The notes under the pieces are model-generated. The model searched no databases and was not told the origin of the DNA. It saw nothing but the letters and a program-made list of their open reading frames with translations. The position numbers and the translations under genes are program-made. From a virus: DNA of 64,000 nt. Below are positions 11,501 to 21,325 of the stretch, one piece after another (positions within the stretch are counted from its first letter, which is position 1; the number at the start of each line of letters is the position of its first letter). The DNA lies in IMG/VR virus record IMGVR_UViG_3300042892_002840, positions 1 through 64,000 of that record; one strand, 5' to 3'.

Positions 11501-11935
11501 TGTAACTGATATCGTACAATTTGGAAGAGACGATGCTGGCATAACTAAATACTTATATGCAGTCTTGCTTCCAGCATAGTACAGCCTGTTGTCAAAATTT
11601 TGAGATGAATTATAATTTTTAGCATTTAATATTCCAGATGCTTTTCTTGCTGCCAGGGTCGGGTCTCCAAGGATTAGGTATTGGACTCCAGCCTTTTTAG
11701 GCCTTCTTGGATCTATAATGCTTGTAATGGGGAACAGCTTACTGAATGGCTTTACGCCATCTGGGTTTGTGTAGGCAAGAGATCCTTCAGGGTTTTCATC
11801 TGTTCCGCCTGGCCCTCTGACTGTAACTCCAGCTATCAAATCATTCATGTTGTACTCTATCCAGCAGCCATTTGTCATTGACATTGATATAGATTGATTT
11901 ATTGAATCAAGCGTTTGCTGAGTTACAGATAGCAT
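8546..11935 (-). CDS. large minor tail (hub/Tal-like) protein
   Basis: 1129 aa, second gene after tape measure; C-terminal NPILQIGDVVEV hub motif. Confidence 0.75.
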   Translation of the reverse strand: MLSVTQQTLDSINQSISMSMTNGCWIEYNMNDLIAGVTVRGPGGTDENPEGSLAYTNPDGVKPFSKLFPITSIIDPRRPKKAGVQYLILGDPTLAARKASGILNAKNYNSSQNFDNRLYYAGSKTAYKYLVMPASSLPNCTISVTYPKINNVAAVANKIAIKFETSHGKPTSWNLKTVGLTGTESTIFTGTTCPNDGVVNLYYNGSTWSTAEFTEPTTGVDLAGLKLQVNSISESGGYLGIIEISPKYVIDVSPRLVSFSIGKNSSDSVNGLIPVGDVTANSINLSINAFDQSYAYHDKKKAFDKNKVNLYNNIKLYPFVKIGTEKVNLGVFYTDAFSVGEFGNIDITGLDGAKELQYMNAPDIVCKEMSSVAIIRRLLDGVGFTNYYFNVSAEDTSTISPLYWYTDNTKTVWEHIQDLCKDTQMIAVFDENDVLQFYPRDYIFKNKSTQFKFRYNKSGSNLANISQLSLENVPSVKSVKVIYSPQLSSAYLASAEMVYRSSVTMLGAAALVDSLPPVAPSDTNSSGEVSPNGVVKLEPVIISGNDKLIYSQTGYLLIDKEIIEFDAVEYQYVEIATATYNSAINKYVGISKAKWITSDSDISKYQGLAAPNTFEPTGRYRIKSRNAFGVISSTDTKSLTHEVSTKSLTDEWAGTKWNSATGDFTPSQYVFQLTNMTPDTTNNLVNPVSRSFMTLTAPNVTSTPNTDPALPPKYTNNTVYSMATIDANYKGQKNFIIGTNMYFPLIKDPKTKEITGNQRTLAGIAFSLGSNNKSGYMLTMGTSQNTNVDKAYKDINFYKIVDGKPVSMITSQKDEDGTIITNINGGELYRVDIRSTDQTIGGQASRVFKIMINNKQFSVVDTSPITLTNKLGLVSLQGIAAFDYVYSAAIKDEDFVSNNYFSIYHGFLGSGSFIVKNFSDFVFDKGPDPTYPVWVKEFGPVARELRRVQSRYANAPVFPRYPILVQNPDVSIVGSSLDSYTMDVFVMNNTGAFAPLDNGAERQFIVVGDYLGPTDPYEYMDPKLTDADKAEQIGFESVWIQKESEAKSLAEWITKQWSNQQRVLTIETFINPILQIGDVVEVSYPLNNLYSSEDTNPPYVGKYVILALDTTYGDDPATTTVTCRSIYTE

Positions 11936-12393
11936 TATACTTCTTCCAGGCTAATAGAAACATCCCAAAATTCTTGAGCTGCATCTGCCATGTTGCTTTT
12001 TACATTTCTTTTTACAATGCTAAAGCTAGCAGATGAAAAAACTGCAGTAATAATTTCATCTCTTCCAGAAACTCCATTATATGAAATTTTTACTTTAAAC
12101 GAACCCGTGCCTTTGCCATGATAAAAAGACCTTAAGTCTAAGGCTCCATAACCACCGTCTACAGTCATTGTAGAATATGTGGGAATCATGCTCCATGAAG
12201 TAGCAATATTCTTTTTATCAGCAACGTGTATTTTTCTAAGTGAGCCGTTTGCCATTCTTTGGGAACGCTCAATTCTTTCTGGGTCTACAGATATAGGAGA
12301 TCTGTTATGCTCAGACAGCTTAACCCATGTTGGGGTATCCGTAGCGGATGTGTCTAAATATAGTACTGATCCTACTGGTAAAGTTAATGTCAT
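11935..12393 (-). CDS. distal tail (Dit-like) protein
   Basis: Directly after tape measure; RMANG...ISLEEV. Confidence 0.7.
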   Translation of the reverse strand: MTLTLPVGSVLYLDTSATDTPTWVKLSEHNRSPISVDPERIERSQRMANGSLRKIHVADKKNIATSWSMIPTYSTMTVDGGYGALDLRSFYHGKGTGSFKVKISYNGVSGRDEIITAVFSSASFSIVKRNVKSNMADAAQEFWDVSISLEEV

Positions 12394-15300
12394 GATCTAA
12401 TGCTCACATTCTTACTGCTTCCAACCATTTTAGCATTAATCTTGGCATCCTGTCCAATAGCCACCTTTGTCTGCTGAACAACCTGTCTTACAAATGCTTC
12501 TGTATTCATTCCATCAGATGGATATATATTTTGAGTTAAATTAATAACTGATGACTTAGATCCTTCACGCATTGGCTCAAACATCTTGGCGGCCTGATTG
12601 ACATCATACCTTGGTGATGCATAAGGAACCTTTGCCATGTTGGGTATAACCATGTTATTAAATAGCATTTCTGGACCACGGTCACCAACAATTGTTGGTA
12701 CTGCTGGATTAACATTCATTAATCCCTTGCCAGCTTTTACGGCTTTTCCTACTGCTTGCTTTTCTTCATCAAAAGATTTGACTACTCCAGTCATTTTATC
12801 TACTGCATATGTTTTTCCAGCGTACTTAAATAAGTAGTATTGGTCTCCAGCAGCGCCAGTAAACTGCTTTGACTGTCTATCTGTTACAGCCTTTTTACTC
12901 GCTTCTTTTAGCGTCATATCTTCTTTTTTATAACTAGACATGCTATTACCAAAACTTTGGCCCTTAGATCCCGTTGGCTCTGGAGTTTTGGAAATATCCA
13001 TTTTTTTATTGTTTATATATACGTCGCCCTTGACTTCAATTCCCTTGGCTGCAAGACCCTTTGCAACAGCATCATTAGTTGTTGACATAATATCAAGAGC
13101 TTGATCTCCAACTGTTTTCTTTTTGCCGTCTGGAGTTTTAGTTTCTACTTTAACTCCTGATGTTGTTGTAGTTGAAACTACAACTGCAGCATCTTGCTTT
13201 CCAGCTTTTGTCTTGGCATACTCTTCTAACGTCTTTCCTGCTGCTATTGCATTAATTCTAAATGTTGTCATGGCAGTATTGACATCGTCAATTTTTTGCT
13301 TTTGCTTTGCAATCTTGTCGTTAAGTTTTCCTAAGCTTTCTCCAGCTAAGGCAGCCTTGTCAGACATCTTTTGCTGTCCATCATTTATAGCTTTTATCTT
13401 AGCTTCAAGAGGAGCATTCTTTAGCTTAAGAGCATCCTCAATTGCTTTTCTTTGTGCGTTATATTGCTGGTCTGATTGAAGACCCTTGATGTCAAGACTT
13501 GCCTGTTGTGCAGCTGCTGAATTTCCAGTTGCAATTGCTGCATCATATTCGGCCTGCTTCTTTGCAATTTGTCTTGCAATATCTCCTTCTTGCTTTGCTG
13601 CATCAAGTGCCTTTAATCTTGACTCTGCAAGTTTATTATTAGCATCTATTTGCTTTTGTAAATTCTTTAGCTGCTCTCTTGTGCTTATCTGTTCAGAAAC
13701 AGATTGTCCTCTTGCGGCTTTTGCCAAGGCATCTCTTTGCTTTGTAAGCTTACCCAACATATCATATTGAGACTTTAGAAGTCCGACTTTATTTTCTTCT
13801 ATGGTTGCTGCAGATATCGCATCTGCAACCTTTGAAAGTGTAGCAACTGCTTCTGCTCCAAGCTTAGATAGATCTCCTGTAAAACCTTTTGCCGCTAAAT
13901 TCATTTTCTGCCACAAGCTAACAACTGTATCTTGCTCTGTAGCAATTTTTTTAATAGCTGGATTCTGCTTGGCCATCTCGTTAATTGTTTCTTTGGTAAG
14001 CTTTGTCTTTGATGCTTCTAGATTATTCAGTCTATTGAGCATTTTTTCTTGTGCTTCATATTCTGTAATAACTTTAGTGTTTCCTGACTTGTCAGCCTTA
14101 GCTGCCTTCTTACTCTTGTCGACCATATCTTGAATACCAGTATCTATAGCTGTAAGTCCAGTATTTACTGCACCTGCGCCCTCACGCCCGCCTTCTCTTG
14201 AGGCTGCGCCGTAACCTGCAACAGCTCTTGCTGCTGCGTCTTGTTTTGTTTCAATTCTATTAAATCTGTCATTCTTAAGTGTAAATAAAGATGCTTCCCT
14301 TGCCTTGTTAGACATCTTAAACATTGCCCAAATTTTCTTTGTCGCATCTTCTGCAGACATACCTGCTGCCATTAGCTGAATCTTAAGATCTTCCGCCAAC
14401 TTCTTTGTATTGCCGCTACCCTTTGTCTGATTAATAAGCTTAATCTGATCTCCGTATGTATCTTTAACTTCTTTTCTAAGCTTTTTATATTCTTCAATTG
14501 TCATGCTAATTGGAGTTCCAGCATCCTCCATGCTTTCATAAAGAAGCTGATTTCTTTCTCTTAATGCTTTAATGTTAGTTACTGTGTCGGAAAGCTTAGC
14601 ATTATAGTCAGTAAACTTAAGTCCTGCTTTTTTGGCAGCCTCTTCGGTTAATCCATACTGAAGTGCACCAATTCTTAGGTGTTCGTTATGGGACCTCCAT
14701 GCCTTTATAACTCCATATATTGCAAGAGATCCTACTGCAAGCCCTACATTTAATCTTGTAAGCCCCAATCCAATTTTTGAAAGAACATTCTTAAATTTAT
14801 TTCCGCTGGTAGCAGCATCATCTAGGTACTGTCCGTATTTAGTAAATCCACCAGTTTTGCCAGAAATTACGCCCATAGGTGTTGTTGCTGAAGCTGGAAG
14901 CTTGGACATCATTCCCCCAACTTTTCCACTTCCAGTCTTCATGCTTGCGGTCATAATCATTTGTGGTAAAACAAAAGATAGCGCTTGCATTATTGTTTGG
15001 ATAACTGGATTTGCAACCTTACTAGCAAGCATCATTGGGATAATTGATGACGCCAGCATTCCTACTGTTCCGCCGATTCCATATTTGTTATTTGGAACAA
15101 TTCCTCCAGAGTTTCTAGGAACAAAAAGCTCTGGCCCCTTTTCTCCAACTAGGTAAGGCTTTCCAGCATTTACTGGTCCACCCATTTCTCTTGGCTCTAC
15201 ACTAAATATTAATTTCTTTAAAGCTTCTGTCATTGGAGTATCTTTTTTAGAATCCCAATTCATATACTTCTTTCTTAATATATCTTTATCAATAGGAGAA

Positions 15301-18300
15301 AGCTGCTTAGCTATATTTCTATCTGATATTAAATTGCTGGCAGCCATTCTAATTACAGGATCAAGTGAGTCTGGCTCCAGCCCATTCTTCAATGTGCCAT
15401 CTGGCATCTTTACATATCCATATGGTTTCTCTTGAGCTAATGCTGCTGCAAACTTATCATAAAGTAGCTTTTGAGTATTCTTCCTTAGTCCACTACTTGC
15501 AAAAAGTTTTTCTGCCATCTCGATAGACAATGAGTTTACTCCCCATGGAGCTGACTCGTACATGCTAGGTTTTGGTGCACCAGTTGGTCCAAATCCTGCG
15601 CCGATCCTATGCATTGCTTTGCCCTTAAGTACATTGCCAATAAGACCACCTATTGCAAATCCATTTGCAGCTGTTTTGAATGAAGCATCTGAAAGGCTTA
15701 CAGAGTGACCCTTTTGTCTGCGCTTTAGTTCATCTGCTGCAATCATTTTTGCAATTGCTGCAGGAGTCATTGGCCTTGACTCAGATATTTTAACAGAAGA
15801 GTGGACACCATGAAGTTCTCTCCAGTTAACTCCTCTAGCATCTGCAAGACGCTTAATCATAGAATTATATATGACCTTTTCTTCAGAGTTTAAATCAAAT
15901 CTTCCAACTGTTTGCTTAAGTTTTGGCAAAGCAGTTTCAATTTCCAAAAGCATTCTTTCATGATATTCGTTTGCAGTCATTCCTTTTGGAATATCTAAAG
16001 TTGATTCGGCAAAGAATTTCTTTGTTTGACTTCCCTTTACACCTAAAAGGTTAATCATTGCTTGATCTTTCATTGATGGCATTGTCTTAGAGTAATCTCT
16101 TAAGCCAGAGGCTGATCCAAATACACCAGCAGGGCCAACGTCAGCCAAAACATTGCCAGAAAGATTGCCTCTTCCTAAATCCTTATCGCCTCTAAGTGCT
16201 GAAGCAACTAGCTGTCTAAAGTATTGATCTGATGTAAACTTTCCATCTTGATTAGCAAATGCCTCATCATATTGTGATTCAAGAGCAAGTATTTTTCTTT
16301 TGCCCATAGGATCCGTTGGGTCACGCATAACAACAATCTTTTGCTTTGGAGCATTTAAGCCGTGTACTTCACGTGCAATTTGAGTTGCTCTCATTTCAGC
16401 TAAAGCTGCTTTTTCGTCTAGAACTGGCTTAACAAATACTCTTTCTCCTGCTTTTGAATAAACTCCACCGATTCCTGAGACTGGGAAACTTCTTCCAGAA
16501 GTTGGCTCTAAAAGTTCATCATATTGAGAAATTGGCTTTTTTGCAAACCTTGAATCATTAACTGCAGCGTTTGCTTTTTCCATTGCAGACTTTGCCGCTC
16601 TTTGAGCTTCAACCTGTTTTATAGTTCTAGGCATTCCAAGGAACATTGTTTTTCCACCGCCAAACAATCTCTGTGCAAACTGCCCTGGAATTTGTCCACC
16701 TTCATTACGTGCGACAATTGGCATCATCGTATTGTTTGGTCTAAAAGCAGATCTCTTATCTACAAGCCCTAGGAAAGCTCTCTTTAAAAATTCAATTGCT
16801 TGTTTTTTATTTGTTCCAATTCCTCGTTCTCTATTCCATCTTTGCTTTAGCTCTACGCCCTTGTTACTAAGCGTAAGCATGTCTGGAATTACTCCTCTTG
16901 TATCTCTGTTCAAATCATTGGTAAGAGAATTAATATCTCCTTCTCCAAGCATAGCCATTCCCAGATTACCTGCTAAAGTAACAACTTTTCCTCTTGAGTC
17001 TTTCCATAGTTTTCTTCTTGCAGTATGCTCTGAAACTGTTGAGTCTACTCCATTTTTAAATAATGAGTCTGACATGCTGTCAAAAACTTTAACTCCGCCG
17101 AATTCGCTTGCACGTGCTCTAAACTCTCCGATTAAATTTGTTGTAGGTCTAAATCTTTCTCCATGCTGACCTTGATATTGCATGAAGTGTCTAAACTTTC
17201 TAATGCTTTTTTGTGGCTGCTGACCTTCCTGCATATCGATCATGGCTTTAACCTGATTTTGTCTTTCGTTTGCTATATTAATTCTTTCTTGTATCCATCT
17301 TTTCATGTCAATATGGCCATCTTTTTGCTTGGCAGCATTCCATGCTCTTTCATAATCTGCTTTTGCCATATTAATTGCATCTTGTTCTTCAAAACCAGCA
17401 TAGGAGTTGTACACTCCAGCATCGTGAAGTACGTGTCTTAGCTTTACTTCTTCTTCCCAGTTTGGTGAATTAAACATTCTTGCATCTATTTTTAATGCTT
17501 TCTCTAGCATTTTTTTAGCTGCATCATCTAGCTGAGCTTTTGTATATCCGCCAGCATTGTGCATACCGCCTGATGTGTTGCCTGGACCACCATTTAATGA
17601 GTACATCAAAGGCATATTTTGTTGTGCTATTTCTGCAGGTATTACCGCTTCTCCTGGTGTTAATACAACAGGAACTTGTCCCCCTGCATTTCTAAATACT
17701 GGTCTTCCTCCTAAAAGATCTTGGATTATTGGCATATTCTGCTCGGTGCCCGCCTTGTTAATTACAAATGCTCCAGGCTCTGCAGTTGTATGATAAGTAT
17801 CAGTATTTCCTGTACCAGGAACTATGCCACCCTTTGCAAACTTTGGCTTTGTTGTTTCAATATTATATCCAGCTCCAGAAGTTCTTACTCCGCCTAATGC
17901 TCTTGCAATTCTATCCGCTATAGTTTTTGTTGTTCCTTTGTGAAACATTTCTTTCATGTTTGATTTTCCAGTTGATGGGTCAACTACTGGCTGGGAGGTA
18001 AGAGGAACTGTTGTGAGGTTTGCTACACGACCCATACCAGCTGCTGTAAGGTTTGTTGTTTCGATAAGCATTGCTTCTACTGTTGCATTTAGCTGAATAA
18101 CTTTTGCTCTCGCCTGATCTACCGTTATCTTGCTTGCCTGCAGCTGTGCAACTATTGCCTGTGTTTCCGCTGCTGCAAGCTGTGTGATCTCAGTAAATTG
18201 AGGAAGAAGCGCCTGGTAAGAATCAGACAAGCTTGATGTAACTGTTCCTGTTGCCATTACTTCTGTTTTTAATAACTTAATTTCTGCTTCTGACTGCATT

Positions 18301-20543
18301 GCAATTGCTGCTGTCATAGCATGCCATTTAGCAGCTTCTGCTGCAACAATTCCTGTTGATGTTCCGCCTACTGATGTGACTCCAGGAATTTTTGGTAGAT
18401 CTTGATTCATGTATGCCTGTGGGTTTTTACCAATTCTAACATTTACGGGGCCAGCTCCTGGCACTGTTCCAAATATTGTTCCTGCCTGTTGAGTTTGTGC
18501 TGGAATTAAATGAGACATGTCTCTTGAGTATGGTTCACCAATTAATGGATTAGACTTGTCTACCATTCTTTGTCCCATACCGCCAGATGTCAGGACTCCA
18601 CCCGCTACAGTCGATATGGCTGGCTGTACTGCAACCTTCGCTGCATTTGCCTTTAACTCAAGTGTGTCAAAAGATGCTGCTAGCGTATTGACGGCATTTG
18701 TTAAAACAATTGTTGCTTCTGAATCTGAGTAGAATGATGTAGCTAAACCTTTTGCCGCAGCATCTGCTGCCATGATTTCTGGCGTAAGTAGCTTAAATCC
18801 CTGTCCACCTTTTGCAAGTTGTCTAAGGTGAAATATTCCCTTGATAACATAACCGATAAAGTTGCCCATAACACCAGTAAGCATGATGAGTGGTCCAGCA
18901 AATGCTGTTATTCCACCTAGGGTATTAAGAAATGTTTTAACTGGACCTGGAAGCGATTGGAAGAAATTAATAATAGCATCTACTACTTTTAGAACCTTTG
19001 TGCTTATTCTTAAGAACTGCTCTCCAACAGTTGCAAGGTCTGCTTGAACAGATGCCCAGGCTCTTTTAAACTGTCCAGAAGCTGACTCTGTCATCATCTT
19101 TAATTCTCGTTCGGAAATGTTTGCAAGGTCTGTTACACTTGCTTTCATTAGATCCATAACCTGAAGAGTTTGAGATCCAGACTTTCCTAAGTTTTCAAAT
19201 AGCGCAGACATTCTTGCGTATTGAAACTTTCCAAAAAGCTGCTCGATTGCTCTTGATTTGCTTAATGGGTCTAGGTTATCCAATGCAGACTGTAGGTCAA
19301 CAATTGTTTGAGTTAGGTCTCCAGCATTTGATGTAACAATTTTATCTATATCTATACCGAATCCAGTGAACATCTCTCTTGCAACCTTTGTTGGGTTAAT
19401 AAGAGATGCCATTGCTGACTTGATTGCGTTAGCGCCTTCTGAGGCATTAACTCCGCCTTCTTTCATTGCAGTTAAATAGAGAGCTAAATCTTTTACATCT
19501 CCACCCAATGATTTAACAACGGGACCTGCTTTAGGAATTGCTTCAACTAGGTCTTGTAGAGATGTTGAAGTTTGGTTTTCAACTGCGTTAAGGAAGTCAA
19601 TTGATTGTGCTAGCTCTTCTGTATTTTGCTTAAATGCATTTTGAATTGCAAGAGTTGCTTTCATTGCTTCTTGTCTATCAACTTCACCAAGCACTGCTAG
19701 CCTTGTTGTTTGCTGAGTTGCTGCTATTAAATCATTTCCTTGCTGGCCAGTAGCTGCGAGATCTGCTGCTAGTGCAATTGTTTCTTTGTACGCAACTCCA
19801 TAAGAACTTGCAATCTCTTTTGCTGTTGCAGTTACATCTTTTCTAACTTGTGCAAGATCCGCTGAAGATACTGCAGCAAGTCCTCCATAAACCTTTGTGA
19901 GTCTTACTAGCTCTTGATCTGCTTCTCTAAATGCTTTTTGTGCTGCTGCGCCAAATGCAACTAATGGGACTGTCAAACCTACTGTTAGCTGACGACCAGC
20001 CCACTGGGTATTCTTACCCCAGTTAATAAGCTGATTTGATCCATCAAGCATTACCTTATTCATAATTGCAGCTTCTTGTCTTGCAATCATCATCTTGTTC
20101 TTTACTTCATCAAGACCCTTTGCAACCATTACGTTGTATTGCATCAAGCCCTGTGCGTTTTTACCAACTGGCTGAACAATTGCTTGCTGAAGCATAACTT
20201 GCTGCTTAGCTAAATCTCTAATTAATGTACTTGTTTTTTTGGTGTGGCCGCTCCATGCATTGTAATAATCATTAAGCTTTAAACGGCCACGATCAAGATT
20301 CTTTCCAAATTTGTCTACGTCTGAAGACAGCGACACAAAGTGCTGTGAAAACTGTCCTGTTGAAGTAAGCGTTGTTGCAAACGACTTATTCATTACTGCA
20401 ATTTGATTTGCAAGCTTAGCGTTTGTTCCCGCTGTTGTTTCTTGTAATTTTACGAGTTGGGCAGTAACCGCAGCCAGTTGAGTTCTTAAACTCGTAAAGT
20501 CTGCGTTGGCGGTAATATTGGTCGTGATTAAATTATCTGCCAT
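12390..20543 (-). CDS. tape measure protein (TP901-like core) with inserted domains, including a kinase-like domain
   Basis: 2717 aa, Ala-rich helical, follows the tail chaperone; TMP core and xxGG / VGE.GPE motifs. Confidence 0.92.
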   Translation of the reverse strand: MADNLITTNITANADFTSLRTQLAAVTAQLVKLQETTAGTNAKLANQIAVMNKSFATTLTSTGQFSQHFVSLSSDVDKFGKNLDRGRLKLNDYYNAWSGHTKKTSTLIRDLAKQQVMLQQAIVQPVGKNAQGLMQYNVMVAKGLDEVKNKMMIARQEAAIMNKVMLDGSNQLINWGKNTQWAGRQLTVGLTVPLVAFGAAAQKAFREADQELVRLTKVYGGLAAVSSADLAQVRKDVTATAKEIASSYGVAYKETIALAADLAATGQQGNDLIAATQQTTRLAVLGEVDRQEAMKATLAIQNAFKQNTEELAQSIDFLNAVENQTSTSLQDLVEAIPKAGPVVKSLGGDVKDLALYLTAMKEGGVNASEGANAIKSAMASLINPTKVAREMFTGFGIDIDKIVTSNAGDLTQTIVDLQSALDNLDPLSKSRAIEQLFGKFQYARMSALFENLGKSGSQTLQVMDLMKASVTDLANISERELKMMTESASGQFKRAWASVQADLATVGEQFLRISTKVLKVVDAIINFFQSLPGPVKTFLNTLGGITAFAGPLIMLTGVMGNFIGYVIKGIFHLRQLAKGGQGFKLLTPEIMAADAAAKGLATSFYSDSEATIVLTNAVNTLAASFDTLELKANAAKVAVQPAISTVAGGVLTSGGMGQRMVDKSNPLIGEPYSRDMSHLIPAQTQQAGTIFGTVPGAGPVNVRIGKNPQAYMNQDLPKIPGVTSVGGTSTGIVAAEAAKWHAMTAAIAMQSEAEIKLLKTEVMATGTVTSSLSDSYQALLPQFTEITQLAAAETQAIVAQLQASKITVDQARAKVIQLNATVEAMLIETTNLTAAGMGRVANLTTVPLTSQPVVDPSTGKSNMKEMFHKGTTKTIADRIARALGGVRTSGAGYNIETTKPKFAKGGIVPGTGNTDTYHTTAEPGAFVINKAGTEQNMPIIQDLLGGRPVFRNAGGQVPVVLTPGEAVIPAEIAQQNMPLMYSLNGGPGNTSGGMHNAGGYTKAQLDDAAKKMLEKALKIDARMFNSPNWEEEVKLRHVLHDAGVYNSYAGFEEQDAINMAKADYERAWNAAKQKDGHIDMKRWIQERINIANERQNQVKAMIDMQEGQQPQKSIRKFRHFMQYQGQHGERFRPTTNLIGEFRARASEFGGVKVFDSMSDSLFKNGVDSTVSEHTARRKLWKDSRGKVVTLAGNLGMAMLGEGDINSLTNDLNRDTRGVIPDMLTLSNKGVELKQRWNRERGIGTNKKQAIEFLKRAFLGLVDKRSAFRPNNTMMPIVARNEGGQIPGQFAQRLFGGGKTMFLGMPRTIKQVEAQRAAKSAMEKANAAVNDSRFAKKPISQYDELLEPTSGRSFPVSGIGGVYSKAGERVFVKPVLDEKAALAEMRATQIAREVHGLNAPKQKIVVMRDPTDPMGKRKILALESQYDEAFANQDGKFTSDQYFRQLVASALRGDKDLGRGNLSGNVLADVGPAGVFGSASGLRDYSKTMPSMKDQAMINLLGVKGSQTKKFFAESTLDIPKGMTANEYHERMLLEIETALPKLKQTVGRFDLNSEEKVIYNSMIKRLADARGVNWRELHGVHSSVKISESRPMTPAAIAKMIAADELKRRQKGHSVSLSDASFKTAANGFAIGGLIGNVLKGKAMHRIGAGFGPTGAPKPSMYESAPWGVNSLSIEMAEKLFASSGLRKNTQKLLYDKFAAALAQEKPYGYVKMPDGTLKNGLEPDSLDPVIRMAASNLISDRNIAKQLSPIDKDILRKKYMNWDSKKDTPMTEALKKLIFSVEPREMGGPVNAGKPYLVGEKGPELFVPRNSGGIVPNNKYGIGGTVGMLASSIIPMMLASKVANPVIQTIMQALSFVLPQMIMTASMKTGSGKVGGMMSKLPASATTPMGVISGKTGGFTKYGQYLDDAATSGNKFKNVLSKIGLGLTRLNVGLAVGSLAIYGVIKAWRSHNEHLRIGALQYGLTEEAAKKAGLKFTDYNAKLSDTVTNIKALRERNQLLYESMEDAGTPISMTIEEYKKLRKEVKDTYGDQIKLINQTKGSGNTKKLAEDLKIQLMAAGMSAEDATKKIWAMFKMSNKAREASLFTLKNDRFNRIETKQDAAARAVAGYGAASREGGREGAGAVNTGLTAIDTGIQDMVDKSKKAAKADKSGNTKVITEYEAQEKMLNRLNNLEASKTKLTKETINEMAKQNPAIKKIATEQDTVVSLWQKMNLAAKGFTGDLSKLGAEAVATLSKVADAISAATIEENKVGLLKSQYDMLGKLTKQRDALAKAARGQSVSEQISTREQLKNLQKQIDANNKLAESRLKALDAAKQEGDIARQIAKKQAEYDAAIATGNSAAAQQASLDIKGLQSDQQYNAQRKAIEDALKLKNAPLEAKIKAINDGQQKMSDKAALAGESLGKLNDKIAKQKQKIDDVNTAMTTFRINAIAAGKTLEEYAKTKAGKQDAAVVVSTTTTSGVKVETKTPDGKKKTVGDQALDIMSTTNDAVAKGLAAKGIEVKGDVYINNKKMDISKTPEPTGSKGQSFGNSMSSYKKEDMTLKEASKKAVTDRQSKQFTGAAGDQYYLFKYAGKTYAVDKMTGVVKSFDEEKQAVGKAVKAGKGLMNVNPAVPTIVGDRGPEMLFNNMVIPNMAKVPYASPRYDVNQAAKMFEPMREGSKSSVINLTQNIYPSDGMNTEAFVRQVVQQTKVAIGQDAKINAKMVGSSKNVSIRS

Positions 20544-20552
20544 ATACTTATG

Positions 20553-20927
20553 TTACTCTATTCGGTATCCTAATCCTGCTCCAACGCCAAAACCAGCTTC
20601 CGCTGCAAATGAGCCTTGTAGTGAAACAACATCATCTGCTGATGCATTTATACCAAGTGCTCTTCTTTTGACATCTTCGAAGGAGGAACCCCCCTCATCT
20701 TCATTACTGCTTTCATTTAAATCAACACCTTGAATTGAAGCTAAGAATCTTCTTTTCTCCGACTCAGTCTTTTGCATTGATTTAAAAGTCTGGATTAACT
20801 CTGGCATTGAAAGATTATCTTCTAGCTGTTCGTAATTTATCCAATTACCTAAAAGAAAAACTTCCCCTTCTAAAGCGGCTAGATCTAGTTCTGACCAGCC
20901 AGTACTGCTGCCGCTAGTAGGTTTGGG
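20553..20927 (-). CDS. tail assembly chaperone, -1 frameshift extension (gpGT-like)
   Basis: Frame is open from the slippery site: PKPTSGSSTGWSELDLAALEGEVFLL...MPELIQ to 20553. Confidence 0.8.
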   Translation of the reverse strand, partial: PKPTSGSSTGWSELDLAALEGEVFLLGNWINYEQLEDNLSMPELIQTFKSMQKTESEKRRFLASIQGVDLNESSNEDEGGSSFEDVKRRALGINASADDVVSLQGSFAAEAGFGVGAGLGYRIE

Positions 20928-21217
20928 TCGTCCATCTTAATTCCTCCGCAAACCTCAAGTATGCGGTTGATAGTTGGAACGTCAAGTGTGTCTTCAAATG
21001 CGTCTTTATCTGCTACAAGGTCTGGAAGCTGCTTTTGCAGTGCTACTCCACATGCCTCAATAAGAATTGTTAGCGTCTCATCTTCTGATGTTACTTCTTG
21101 TGTCTTCTGAATGACTTTCATAAACTCACGAAGCTCTTTAATTGTTAAAGGCTTCAGCTTAACTGTTGCGCCATTTTGTAGTTGAATTTCTTCAACATCA
21201 TATACTGTAGTTGCCAA
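20885..21217 (-). CDS. tail assembly chaperone (gpG-like)
   Basis: Between major tail protein and tape measure. Confidence 0.85.
   Translation of the reverse strand: MATTVYDVEEIQLQNGATVKLKPLTIKELREFMKVIQKTQEVTSEDETLTILIEACGVALQKQLPDLVADKDAFEDTLDVPTINRILEVCGGIKMDDPNLLAAAVLAGQN
20921..20927 (-). other. -1 ribosomal frameshift heptamer C CCA AAC
   Basis: X XXY YYZ in the correct phase (GAC CCA AAC); the -1 frame joins the 20553..20807 ORF. Confidence 0.8.
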
Positions 21218-21278
21218 TTTAATCCTCCTAGGATTTCGTCTTAATTATTGTATCATATACAAAATACCAGCGCAATAG

Positions 21279-21302
21279 AAAACCCCCTAATTTCTTAGGG
21301 GG
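21279..21302 (-). terminator. intrinsic terminator after major tail gene
   Basis: CCCCCTAA/TTAGGGGG stem followed by a T-run. Confidence 0.7.
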
Positions 21303-21325
21303 CATTCTATTAATTAATTATTTAA

